This document shows, piece by piece, positions 1 through 9,017 of a DNA stretch of 52,129 bases (the stretch's first letter is position 1; every line of letters starts with the position of its first letter). The notes under the pieces were generated by a model that made no database searches, was not told the origin of the DNA, and saw only the letters and a list, made by a program, of their open reading frames with translations. The DNA is from an uncultured Thiotrichaceae bacterium (GTDB taxonomy: Bacteria > Pseudomonadota > Gammaproteobacteria > SZUA-229). The translations under genes were made by a program, and so were the position numbers. The stretch lies in NCBI GenBank assembly GCA_964522445.1, contig CAZFUY010000005.1, positions 1 through 52,129 on the forward strand, read 5' to 3'.

Positions 1-52
1 CCTGACCGCTCGGTTCGTAGCCGAGTACTCTATCCAGCTGAGCTACAGGCGC
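1..52 (-). tRNA. tRNA-Arg(ACG), 5' part only (3' end runs off the window start)
   Basis: Reverse complement reads GCGCCTGTAGCTCAGCTGGATAGAGTACTCGGCT-ACG-AACCGAGCGGTCAGG, nearly identical to enterobacterial tRNA-Arg(ACG); anticodon at 16-18. Confidence 0.96.
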
Positions 53-71
53 ATATCTGCTGAGGGCGTGA

Positions 72-100
72 ATTATGGAGAATAGGCGGCGCTTCGTCAA
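72..100 (-). promoter_or_regulatory. sigma70 promoter of the tRNA gene
   Basis: Minus strand TTGACG (95-100), 17-nt spacer, CATAAT (72-77), then a GC-rich discriminator (TCACGCCCTC) about 20 nt before the tRNA. Confidence 0.8.
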
Positions 101-148
101 TGCATATTACAAGAAAATTACATGTAATTTTTATACTCTTAGAAATGC

Positions 149-1426
149 CTACAACCTTCCATCAATATCTTTAACAGGTAAAACATATTTTACGTCAAAA
201 ATAACATGGTTCTCTTTGCAAATAGCCTTAATGCCTGATGCACCCATTTCAACAAATTCTTTGTGAGAAACGGCTAGAATAACGGCATCATAGTGATTCT
301 TTTTAAGCTCATTAACCAGATCCAGATTATATTCATGTTGAGCTTCATTATGACTAACCCATGGATCATAAATATCTACATTGGCATTGTATGGTTCAAG
401 CTCTGCAAGAATATCAACCACTTTTGTATTGCGTAAGTCAGGGCAGTTTTCTTTGAATGAGAGCCCCATAACCAGAATGTTAGCATCAACGATATTAATA
501 CGTTTTTTTGCCATTAGTTTGGCTACCCGCTCAACAATATGGGCTGCCATATGCTCATTAGTGTTTCTGCTTGCGGGTATTATTTTAGGCTCGAAACCAG
601 TTTCCTGTGCTTTGTGAACAAGGTAATAGGGATCAACACCAATACAGTGGCCACCTACAATACCGGGTCTGAAAGGCAGAAAGTTCCATTTTGTGCCTGC
701 CGCTTCAAGTACATCGAGAGTATCTATATCAAGCCGTGCAAAAATAAGTGCTAATTCATTCACTAAAGCTATGTTTACGTCACGTTGTACATTTTCGATA
801 ACCTTTGCGGCTTCAGCGACTTTCATCGTGCTGGCCTTGTGTGTGCCAGCAGTGATGATACTGAGGTATAGTTTGTCTACATAATCGGCTACTTCAGGAG
901 TAGAGCCAGATGTAATTTTTAGAATTTTAGTAACATGGTGTTCTTTATCACCTGGGTTAATGCGCTCAGGACTATACCCAGCATAGAAATCTTTGTTGAA
1001 GGTTAATCCAGAATTTTTTTCAAGAGCTGGAATACATACTTCTTCTGTAGCGCCAGGAAATACTGTTGACTCATAAATTACAATATCATCTTTTTTGAGC
1101 ACTTTACCCAAAGCAAGACTGGATTGAATAAGTGGTGTTAAGTCAGGGTTGTTGTTTTTATCGACAGGGGTTGGAACAGTCACTATATAAACATTACAGT
1201 CAGCAATATCGTTTAATTCTGAGCTGTAACTGAGTTGTCTGGTGGCTTTAAGCTGATCCTCAGTAACTTCAAGCGTACTATCTTTGCCTGATTTGAGTTC
1301 CTCAATACGTGGCTTGTTGATGTCATAACCAATGGTTGGGAATTGTTTGCCGAATTCCACAGCTAGTGGCAGCCCTACATAGCCTAAGCCAACTATACCT
1401 ATTCGTGTGTTCGTGAGTTCCAGCAT
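149..1426 (-). CDS. tviB: UDP-N-acetylhexosamine C-6 dehydrogenase (TviB/WbpO family)
   Basis: Rossmann GLGYVGLPLA, IYESTVFPG, YSPERINPGD, catalytic GGHCIGVDPYYL, FKENCPDLRN; GGAG RBS upstream. Confidence 0.92.
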   Translation of the reverse strand: MLELTNTRIGIVGLGYVGLPLAVEFGKQFPTIGYDINKPRIEELKSGKDSTLEVTEDQLKATRQLSYSSELNDIADCNVYIVTVPTPVDKNNNPDLTPLIQSSLALGKVLKKDDIVIYESTVFPGATEEVCIPALEKNSGLTFNKDFYAGYSPERINPGDKEHHVTKILKITSGSTPEVADYVDKLYLSIITAGTHKASTMKVAEAAKVIENVQRDVNIALVNELALIFARLDIDTLDVLEAAGTKWNFLPFRPGIVGGHCIGVDPYYLVHKAQETGFEPKIIPASRNTNEHMAAHIVERVAKLMAKKRINIVDANILVMGLSFKENCPDLRNTKVVDILAELEPYNANVDIYDPWVSHNEAQHEYNLDLVNELKKNHYDAVILAVSHKEFVEMGASGIKAICKENHVIFDVKYVLPVKDIDGRL

Positions 1427-1465
1427 TGACGGTATGCTCCAGTTTTATATTTATCAAGTGGCGCA

Positions 1466-1494
1466 ATAATACCTGAAGGCTATACTCGTATCAT
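1466..1494 (-). promoter_or_regulatory. candidate sigma70 promoter for the tviB-like gene
   Basis: Minus strand ATGATA-17 nt-TATTAT followed by GC-rich TGCGCCAC. Confidence 0.4.
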
Positions 1495-1564
1495 CAGATT
1501 TTTATACGCTTAATCTTAATTAAAAGAATTTATATTTATATGGTTCAGTATATAGCTGAAAATT

Positions 1565-1573
1565 TGTTATAAT
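1565..1573 (+). promoter_or_regulatory. extended -10 promoter upstream of the priming sugar transferase
   Basis: TGtTATAAT is a perfect extended -10; no clear -35; AT-rich context lowers specificity. Confidence 0.45.
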
Positions 1574-1659
1574 AAAAAATTCACGTTGATTGATTGGTTT
1601 AACGCCCAATAACTAAATAATAATATTAAAAACAATGAGATAAGAGAAAATAAAATTAA

Positions 1660-3054
1660 ATGTTAAGGATATTTCGCCACTATATACCGACATCAATAGT
1701 ATGGCTAATTATTGTTGAGTTTTTTGTCCTCTATGGTTCAGTTTATTTAGGGGTCGAGCTTCGTTTTCTGGATGGAACGCTAGAAGATAAGCTGCTTCTA
1801 GAGCCTTTAATGCCCAAGGCTTTATTATTTGCAACCGCTATGTGGCTTGCTATGACTGCAATGGGGCTGCATACACGCAATGTAGTTGATGATTTTGCAG
1901 GTATGATGATTCGCATTGCTTTAAGTTTTGGCCTGGGTTTTCTGGGTAGCATCCTGGTTTTCTATGTATATCCTGAATTGCTTTTAGGTCGAGGTGTTTT
2001 AGCCTTTTCAATGCTAACCGCTTTTTTTGGCATACTGATTTCACGCACAATTTATCAGAAAATAGATAAACACAGAATTTTTAGAAGACGCATTCTTGTT
2101 TTAGGTACAGGTGATAAAGCCAAAATCCTTGAAGGAATAAATGATTCAGCCCAGCAGCGTGGCCAGGAAATTGTGGGCTATGTAAGTATTGATACAAATA
2201 CCCCTAAAGTAGCAGAAGAATCTATTCTAAAAGTTAAAACAACTCTGCTGGAACTTGCCGAAGAAAATGATATAGATGAAATTGTTTTAGCCATGGATGA
2301 CAGGCGACAGGGTTTTCCTATTAATGGCTTATTAGAATGTAAAATGCGTGGCATTTTCGTAAGGGATCTGGTGCATTTTCTGGAGCGCATTAGAGGGCAT
2401 ATTGAGCTTGAAGTGCTTCACCCAAGTGTGGTGATTTTTTCTTCTGGCTTTACTAAAGCGGTTTCACCCGGTGGAGGCAAACGCTTATTTGATGTTATGG
2501 CAAGCTTAATGTTACTTATTGTTGCAAGCCCCGTTATTGTTTTAACATTTATTGTTATCTGGTTAAGTAGCCTTGGTCGAGACCCAGTTTTTTATCGACA
2601 AATAAGAATAGGGTTATGTGATGAACCATTTGGTGTGCTGAAATTTAGAAGCATGAAAACAGATGCAGAAAAAGATGGCGCACAGTTTGCGAAGAAAAAA
2701 GACTCACGGGTAACAATGATAGGTGCTTTTATACGAAAAACGCGTATAGATGAGTTGCCACAATTAATTAATGTGTTTAGAGGGGATATGAGTTTTGTTG
2801 GTCCTCGCCCTGAACGTCCTGAGTTTGTATTGGGTTTTGAGCAATCTATACCACATTACGCGTTACGTCATACTGTAAAACCAGGCATTACTGGTTGGGC
2901 TCAAATATGCTATCCCTATGGAGAGACAGAAGAAGATACCAAAAATAAATTGCAGTTTGATCTTTACTATATTAAAAATTATAGCTTATTTCTTGATATG
3001 ACTATTCTTTTTCAGACTGTGCAGGTTGTCTTTTTTGGACAGGGTGCTCGATAA
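1660..3054 (+). CDS. Priming polyprenyl-phosphate sugar-1-phosphate transferase, PEP-CTERM/XrtA-system type (TIGR03013-like)
   Basis: N-terminal TM helices beginning MLRIFRHY, central CoA-binding-like domain, C-terminal Bac_transf motifs KFRSM, RIDELPQL, GDMSFVGPRPERP, VKPGITGWAQ, DLYYIKN. Confidence 0.9.
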   Translation: MLRIFRHYIPTSIVWLIIVEFFVLYGSVYLGVELRFLDGTLEDKLLLEPLMPKALLFATAMWLAMTAMGLHTRNVVDDFAGMMIRIALSFGLGFLGSILVFYVYPELLLGRGVLAFSMLTAFFGILISRTIYQKIDKHRIFRRRILVLGTGDKAKILEGINDSAQQRGQEIVGYVSIDTNTPKVAEESILKVKTTLLELAEENDIDEIVLAMDDRRQGFPINGLLECKMRGIFVRDLVHFLERIRGHIELEVLHPSVVIFSSGFTKAVSPGGGKRLFDVMASLMLLIVASPVIVLTFIVIWLSSLGRDPVFYRQIRIGLCDEPFGVLKFRSMKTDAEKDGAQFAKKKDSRVTMIGAFIRKTRIDELPQLINVFRGDMSFVGPRPERPEFVLGFEQSIPHYALRHTVKPGITGWAQICYPYGETEEDTKNKLQFDLYYIKNYSLFLDMTILFQTVQVVFFGQGAR

Positions 3055-3086
3055 GATATTAATACGTTTATGCTGGTTAAAAGAGT

Positions 3087-3863
3087 TTATTTTTTCTTGG
3101 GGTTGGGTAGTGAAAGACCTGCTTTTAGAGGCGATCCTTGAGCGCGTTTCCAACGAACAACTGCGCCATTGTTAAAATATATTTCTGATTTGCCATAGTA
3201 CCATATGTCACCATCGATCCTGGTTGGTGTTCCCTGTACGCTGATAACTTCGCCAATTGTTGATCCATACGTAAAAAATTTATTATTTTTACTATATATA
3301 ATGCTGTCTGACTTTTTCTTTCTATTTGTTTTATCTTTCTTTTCTAATCGTGTACTTTTACTAATGTTCTTTTTATTTTCTTTTTCTACTTTATATTTTT
3401 TTACTGTGGTTTGTGATTGTGTCGTTGTTTTGTTTTCAGGAGATAACTCTATATAAGCATAAACAAGAATAGAGGCAACGATAATAATTGAGAAATATGG
3501 CTTCTTTTTCTTTTCTTTATAAGGAGATGATTTTCTCGGTGTGGTCTTTTTTATTTTAGTTGTTGTTTGTTTTTTTTCTGTAGTAGTGGCTGCTGTTTTT
3601 TTTGGGGTGGTTAATGGTCTGGGCTTTTCTGCATCAGGTAATGAATTGTGCTTTTTATAATAAGTTAATAGTTGTTGATAGGCTGTATTAATATCTTTTA
3701 TTTTTTCTTCAGCCGCATATTTTTTTGAGCTTCCTTCTTTGAATCGATCAGGATGCCATTTCTGGATTTGTACTTTATATGCTTTTCGTAACTCACTCCA
3801 GTTGCATCCTGGTTTTATATTCAGGATTCGATAACATTCTCCATATGTGTACTTCTGTTTCAT
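3087..3863 (-). CDS. Membrane-anchored J-domain protein with a small C-terminal extracytoplasmic domain
   Basis: N-terminal J domain (YRILNI...AYK...WHPDRF...INTAYQQL, HPD intact), Lys/Thr-rich linker, one TM (YFSIIIVASILVYAYI), C-terminal GSTIGEVISVQGTP..WYYG domain resembling BamE/SmpA-type folds. Confidence 0.8.
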   Translation of the reverse strand: MKQKYTYGECYRILNIKPGCNWSELRKAYKVQIQKWHPDRFKEGSSKKYAAEEKIKDINTAYQQLLTYYKKHNSLPDAEKPRPLTTPKKTAATTTEKKQTTTKIKKTTPRKSSPYKEKKKKPYFSIIIVASILVYAYIELSPENKTTTQSQTTVKKYKVEKENKKNISKSTRLEKKDKTNRKKKSDSIIYSKNNKFFTYGSTIGEVISVQGTPTRIDGDIWYYGKSEIYFNNGAVVRWKRAQGSPLKAGLSLPNPKKK

Positions 3864-3895
3864 GCAAATCCAGGGCGGAGGTGAGTAAATGTGTT

Positions 3896-3919
3896 AATTT
3901 TAACCTAGTTGTTAAAATT
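3896..3919. promoter_or_regulatory. perfect 9-bp inverted repeat in the divergent J-protein/iorA intergenic region
   Basis: AATTTTAAC-CTAGTT-GTTAAAATT; a related TTTTAAT-GTAG-ATTAAAA lies at 3952-3969. Confidence 0.35.
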
Positions 3920-4010
3920 TTGATATTTTAGCCTTACTTAATTTGTTAGAATTTTAATGTAGATTAAAAATGCACTAATTCGATATCATCAAATTAATGA
4001 GTCTTGCAAA

Positions 4011-4496
4011 ATGATTACAATTCATGTGAACGGAAAACAGCATACCCTAAATGTAGATCCCGATATGCCATTATTATGGGTTTTGAGGGATAAACTTGGT
4101 TTAACCGGCACAAAATATGCCTGTGGTATTGCGCAGTGCGGTAGTTGCACTGTTCATGTTGACGGTGATGCGGTGACATCCTGTACGCTGCCTGTTTCCA
4201 GTGTGGTAGGAAAAAAAATAATAACAATTGAAGGCCTGTCAGCTAATAAAGAGTCATTGCATTATGTCCAGCAGGCATGGCTAGATGAAAATGTGCCTGA
4301 GTGTGGATACTGTCAGTCAGGCCAGATTATGACCGCAACGTCCTTACTTAAAAAGCAGGCAACCCCATCTGATGATGATATTGATCATGCAATGTCAGGT
4401 GTTTTGTGTCGATGTGGAACATACCAGCGGATACGAAAAGCAATCAAGCGTGCTGCTCAATATAATAAAGAAAATCAATCTGGGGAGATTAAATAA
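4011..4496 (+). CDS. iorA: (2Fe-2S)-binding small subunit, isoquinoline 1-oxidoreductase alpha/aldehyde oxidoreductase family
   Basis: [42 protein letters not shown]: two [2Fe-2S] cluster motifs. Confidence 0.9.
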   Translation: MITIHVNGKQHTLNVDPDMPLLWVLRDKLGLTGTKYACGIAQCGSCTVHVDGDAVTSCTLPVSSVVGKKIITIEGLSANKESLHYVQQAWLDENVPECGYCQSGQIMTATSLLKKQATPSDDDIDHAMSGVLCRCGTYQRIRKAIKRAAQYNKENQSGEIK

Positions 4497-6589
4497 TGGA
4501 GATAATAGAAAATACATCTCGCAGACATTTTATAAAATCTTCAGTTGCCTTAGGGGTTGGCTTAACTCTAGGTATTCAACTTACCTCATGTGAAAAAAAT
4601 CATGATGATATAAACAATATGATGTTTAGCCCTAATGTATGGTTAAAAATTGATTTAAATAATCAGGTTCATATTATTTTATCCAAATCTGAGATGGGGC
4701 AGGGTGTAATGACGGCTCTTAGTATGTTGATTGCTGAAGAGTTAGGAGCAAACTGGCATGATATTAAAATTGAGCTGGCTGATGCATCTGATAATTATGG
4801 CTCAATGGCAACAGCAGGTAGTACATCTATTCAGGAGCTCTGGTTGCCCTTAAGATCAGCTGGTGCAGCCGCTCGTGAGATGTTAATAAATGCAGCAGCA
4901 GATAAATGGAGCGTATCTGCTGCTGAATGTAAAGCACATTCAGGTAGTGTTACGCATTCAGGTAGTGGTAAATCAGCTTACTTTGGTGAATTAGCAGAGT
5001 TAGCGAACAGTCAGCCTGTTCCTGTATCACCTAAGTTGAAGCAGGCTTCAGATTTTAAATTAATTGGTCAGCCTGTTCCGCGTATTGATGCACCATTAAA
5101 AGTAACAGGACAGGCTAAGTACGGCATAGATACAGAGATAAAGGGATTGAAATATGCTGCTATTAGACAGTCTCCAGTTTTTGGTGCAATAGTTGAATCT
5201 GTTGATGATTCTGCAATTAAATCAGCTAAGAATATTCATTCTGTTGTTCATCTTAATAATGCTGTCGTTGTTGTTGCTGATAGTTATTGGGAGGCTCAAA
5301 AAGCAGTTGATGCTTTAAACGTTAAGTGGAGTGAGTCAGTAGTTTCTCTTGTTAGTAGTGCTTCAATAAAAGAAGATTATCAACAGTTGATAAAACAACC
5401 TGGCACTAAGGAATATGAAAATGGAAATAAATCTGGAAGGTCTATAGAAAAAACACTCAGTACGGAGTATGAAGTGTCATTTCAGGCTCATGCAACTATG
5501 GAACCTATGAATTGTGTGGCACATGTACATGAGTCAGGTTGTGATGTTTGGGTACCTACGCAGCATCCTCAGGGAGCACTAGATGCAACTAAATCCCTGC
5601 TGCAAACGGGATTAAAAAAGTATATTGCACAAATTCTGGAAAAATTCACAGCTGAAGATGCTATTAAAATTCATCCAACTCTGATTGGAGGGGGATTTGG
5701 TCGGCGCTTAGAACAGGACTTTGTTATTCAGGCTGTTGAAATATCCAGCAAAACAGGCCTGCCTATTAAGTTGATATGGTCCAGAGAAGAGGATATTCAG
5801 CATGACTTTTACAGGCCTTATACCTACCACAAAATAGAAGCAGACATTGCAAATTCGGATATTTTAGATTGGCGACACCGCATTGCAGGCCCAACACATG
5901 GGCGTTCTGTAGGGGGGGCGACTCATTTGCCTTATGATATAGAGCATATTTATATTGATTATCATAAGAAAAAACACGGCATTCCCATTGGTTCATGGCG
6001 CTCTATAGGTAGCTCGCATAATGCTTTTGTTACAGAAAGCTTTATTGATGAAATTGCCCATGCGTCAGGTAGTGATCCATTAGCATATCGAAAGAAACTT
6101 ATGAAAAATCAGCCAAGGTTATTGGCTGTGCTTGAAAAAGCAGCATCAGAAGCGGGTTGGAGTAAGAATAATAAATCAATGGGTATTGCTGTTCACCCAG
6201 GTTTTGGTAGTTATGTGGCACAAATTGCTGAGGTTTTGATAGAAGATACTGGAATTAAGGTTAAGAAGATTGTTTGCGTGGTTGATTGTGGTTTAGTTGT
6301 TAACCCAGATATTGTTAAGTCACAAATTGAAGGGGGTATTGTATTTGGCTTAACGGCAGCACTAAAAAATAGCATCCATATTAATAATGGCCGGGTAAAG
6401 CAAAGCAATTTTCATGATTATCCACTTTTAAGTATGCAGGAAATGCCTGAAGTTGGTGTTTACATAATGCCAAGTACAGAGACACCGGGTGGTGTTGGCG
6501 AAATTGCAGTGCCCCCTGTTGCCCCAGCAGTAGCGAATGCATTATTTGTTGCAACAGGAAAACGTATAAGGCAACTGCCTTTGTATTAA
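4496..6589 (+). CDS. iorB: Molybdopterin-binding subunit, isoquinoline 1-oxidoreductase beta family, Tat-exported
   Basis: Tat motif SRRHFIK, KSEMGQG, AHATMEPMNC, GGGFGRR, WSREEDIQHD, WRSIG, SQIEGG, GGVGE..VPPVAPAVANA; translationally coupled to iorA (TAATG). Confidence 0.9.
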   Translation: MEIIENTSRRHFIKSSVALGVGLTLGIQLTSCEKNHDDINNMMFSPNVWLKIDLNNQVHIILSKSEMGQGVMTALSMLIAEELGANWHDIKIELADASDNYGSMATAGSTSIQELWLPLRSAGAAAREMLINAAADKWSVSAAECKAHSGSVTHSGSGKSAYFGELAELANSQPVPVSPKLKQASDFKLIGQPVPRIDAPLKVTGQAKYGIDTEIKGLKYAAIRQSPVFGAIVESVDDSAIKSAKNIHSVVHLNNAVVVVADSYWEAQKAVDALNVKWSESVVSLVSSASIKEDYQQLIKQPGTKEYENGNKSGRSIEKTLSTEYEVSFQAHATMEPMNCVAHVHESGCDVWVPTQHPQGALDATKSLLQTGLKKYIAQILEKFTAEDAIKIHPTLIGGGFGRRLEQDFVIQAVEISSKTGLPIKLIWSREEDIQHDFYRPYTYHKIEADIANSDILDWRHRIAGPTHGRSVGGATHLPYDIEHIYIDYHKKKHGIPIGSWRSIGSSHNAFVTESFIDEIAHASGSDPLAYRKKLMKNQPRLLAVLEKAASEAGWSKNNKSMGIAVHPGFGSYVAQIAEVLIEDTGIKVKKIVCVVDCGLVVNPDIVKSQIEGGIVFGLTAALKNSIHINNGRVKQSNFHDYPLLSMQEMPEVGVYIMPSTETPGGVGEIAVPPVAPAVANALFVATGKRIRQLPLY

Positions 6590-6806
6590 CTTAAACTTAT
6601 AACAAGTTAATTTAACCCAAACGAGTGATGTTTTTCATATAAAAACTACCAGGTTTGTGCGTGGAAGTTACTGATTTTATTAAAAAACAATGGATTTGTT
6701 TCTCGGGAAACCTTAAAATAGCTGGCTCTTAAAAAATGGTATGGGAAGTATCAGCTGGCTGATTTCAGACGGTTCGATGAAATGGATTGCTTCCCCGGAG
6801 AAAAAA

Positions 6807-7445
6807 ATGATTAATCCCCTGATAATAACTAAATTACTGGTTATTTTTATAATGACACTGGTAGCTGGCTGTGCGTCAGATGTGTATATTTCAGCTGATT
6901 CACCTGTTCTAAAAAATCAGAATGTATCTAAAACAATTGCCGTATATCGTATTGGCGTTGATGATACGGTGCAAATTAATGTTTGGCGTAATCAGGAGCT
7001 ATCAGTTACGGTGCCAGTTCGACCTGATGGTAAAATATCTATGCCATTAATTGGTGACGTTCGTGCTGCAGGGTATACACCTGAAGAAGTGGCTGAAGCA
7101 ATACGTAAGCGTTTACAGAATTATGTTCGTGATCCCAATGTCACTTTAATGGTAACAGGGCTTTTAAGTAATGAATACTTAACTCGTTTACGGGTAACAG
7201 GTGCTGTTGCTACACCCAGTTCTCTAAATTATCGTCAAGGAATGACTGTTCTTGATGCCGTACTCGCGGCGGGCGGTGTAAGTGATTTTGCTGCACCAGA
7301 CAATACAAAACTGTATAGAAAAATAGCAGGTAAAACCAGGGTGATTAGTATTTATCTGGGCGATATTCTGTATAAAGGTCAATTACAGACTAATATAGAG
7401 CTAAGGCCAGGCGATATTATTACTGTACCTGAACGTTTATTTTAA
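6807..7445 (+). CDS. wza: Polysaccharide export outer-membrane lipoprotein (Wza/OPX, PEP-CTERM-system type)
   Basis: Lipobox LVAGC, YRIGVDD..INVW, PVRPDGKISMPLIGD, SLBB domain, ends VPERLF. Start moved to ATG 6807 (GGAG RBS at 6797-6800) from the ORF-track 6741. Confidence 0.9.
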   Translation: MINPLIITKLLVIFIMTLVAGCASDVYISADSPVLKNQNVSKTIAVYRIGVDDTVQINVWRNQELSVTVPVRPDGKISMPLIGDVRAAGYTPEEVAEAIRKRLQNYVRDPNVTLMVTGLLSNEYLTRLRVTGAVATPSSLNYRQGMTVLDAVLAAGGVSDFAAPDNTKLYRKIAGKTRVISIYLGDILYKGQLQTNIELRPGDIITVPERLF

Positions 7446-7466
7446 TTCTGCTGAGGAAATGCCTGG

Positions 7467-9017
7467 ATGCGTTTACCATTTGAACAATTATTACATGCCT
7501 TACTTGGTGAATGCTATGCCAGGCGTAATACTATTTTTATCATGTTTGTTATTATCAGCCTGGCTTTTCTGGCTGTGGGTTCTGTCTGGCCAAAGCGATA
7601 CACGTCTTTTACTATTATTCATGCCAATGAGACCAATATTCTACAACCACTGATGCAAGGCACAGCTGAAGCCACTCGAGCTACAGATTATGCCGCTAAT
7701 GCTCGAGAGATCATTTTTGGTGAAAGAATCATGAAGCATGTACTAAAAGATGCTGGCTGGTTAAAAACGAATCCTTCTGATGTTGAACAGGAAAAAATCA
7801 AAAAAGAAATTAGAGAGCATGTAGCAATTGATAGTCTGGGTGATAATTTAATAAGAATTGCTTATCAGGATAATAAGCCTATGCGTTCTTATATAACGGC
7901 TAAACGCATGGCTGAGCTTTTTATTAATGAAGGTGAGCGCGCAAAAATAGAAGAAAGTGAAGCGGCTTATCAGTTTATTGAAAAACAGGTTAATGAATAT
8001 CTCGCAAAATTAACAAAAGTGGAAGATGAACTAAGAGTTTTTCGTTCTGATAATCCTGATGCTCGCCCTGGGCTGGAAACCGAAGTTTCAACAAGAATTA
8101 GCGCATTAAAAACAAATATTGAACAGACTCGCTTATCCCTAAGAGAAGCATTAATACGTAAAAATTCACTTAAGGGGCAGTTATCTGGTGAAGCCGCTAT
8201 TGCTATTAGTCAATCAAAGGAAGGACAGTACCGAAGCAAAATAGCAGATTTGCAGGCTCGACTGGAAACCTTACGGCTGGATTATAAAGATACTTATCCA
8301 GATATAATTCGGATTAAGCATCAGATAGAAGATCTTAAAGGATCTATGAATAATGAAATACGGCGTCAGAAAGAAGCAAGAAATAAAGCTAAAAGCACAG
8401 GTACTACATATATAGATGAAGCGATTATATTGAATCCACTCTATCAGCAGCTAAGAAGTGATGCATCGACAACTGAAACTCAGATAGCGACTCTTAGAGC
8501 AAGAATTTCAGAAATGAATAAAATGCTTGAAAGCGAATATGAGCGAGCAAGAAGAATTCATGGCGGTGAAGCTGCTCTGTCAACATTGACACGAGATTAT
8601 CAGGTTAACCAGGAAATATACCAGGATTTATTAAGAAGAAGAGAAAGAGCTCGAGTCTCTCGAAGTATAGATCAGGAACAGCAGGGTCTTACATTTAAAA
8701 TTCAGGAGCCGGCCAAAATACCTCTATTACCCACAGGCTTACGTTTTCTTCATTTTGCTGTTGCAGGTCTGGTAGTTGGGTTGGGAACTCCAATAGGTCT
8801 TATTTTTGTCATGCTCCAAATAGATCCAAGAATACGTTTCTCTCATGTTATTTCATCTGAACTTGAACTGCCTGTATTAGCTGAAATAACGCGATTATCA
8901 AGTATTAATGATGAACGTAAAGCAAAAATTAATTTTATTTTACTTGCTGTTGGAACAATTATGGTTCTAGTTATTTATGGGTATGTTGGCTGGCTTAAAT
9001 TCACAGGGCAGATGTAA
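7467..9017 (+). CDS. Polysaccharide co-polymerase / chain-length determinant (Wzc N-terminal part, XrtA-system type)
   Basis: Two TM helices flanking a long coiled coil; YKDTYPDII motif; LTRDYQVN..YQDLL.R; IQEPAKIP before the second TM. Confidence 0.87.
   Translation: MRLPFEQLLHALLGECYARRNTIFIMFVIISLAFLAVGSVWPKRYTSFTIIHANETNILQPLMQGTAEATRATDYAANAREIIFGERIMKHVLKDAGWLKTNPSDVEQEKIKKEIREHVAIDSLGDNLIRIAYQDNKPMRSYITAKRMAELFINEGERAKIEESEAAYQFIEKQVNEYLAKLTKVEDELRVFRSDNPDARPGLETEVSTRISALKTNIEQTRLSLREALIRKNSLKGQLSGEAAIAISQSKEGQYRSKIADLQARLETLRLDYKDTYPDIIRIKHQIEDLKGSMNNEIRRQKEARNKAKSTGTTYIDEAIILNPLYQQLRSDASTTETQIATLRARISEMNKMLESEYERARRIHGGEAALSTLTRDYQVNQEIYQDLLRRRERARVSRSIDQEQQGLTFKIQEPAKIPLLPTGLRFLHFAVAGLVVGLGTPIGLIFVMLQIDPRIRFSHVISSELELPVLAEITRLSSINDERKAKINFILLAVGTIMVLVIYGYVGWLKFTGQM

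Noticed and set aside
1-52. tRNA-anchored genomic island
   Set aside because: The locus lies on the 5' side of the tRNA, not the usual 3' integration side; no integrase, transposase or duplicated tRNA fragment was seen.
75-884. Short plus-strand ORFs overlapping tviB, and the other 60-90 aa antisense or alternate-frame ORFs across the window
   Set aside because: They overlap well-supported genes and show no recognisable motifs; treated as shadow ORFs.
1459-1473. sigma54 promoter TGGCGC-N5-TACC upstream of the sugar transferase
   Set aside because: The conserved -12 GC is absent, and the same bases fit better as the discriminator and -10 of a minus-strand sigma70 promoter.
5912-5918. G7 tract in iorB as a phase-variation site
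   Set aside because: Short, explained by Gly-Gly-Ala codons, and not in a typical contingency gene.
6586-6610. Terminator after iorB (TTAACTT..AAGTTAA), and the similar AT-rich dyad at 49352-49372
   Set aside because: Stems are almost all A/T and too weak to call confidently.
6741-6806. ORF-track N-terminal extensions (6741, 14423, 22065, 39009, 43849)
   Set aside because: Downstream ATGs have better RBS, signal-peptide placement or no overlap with the preceding gene.
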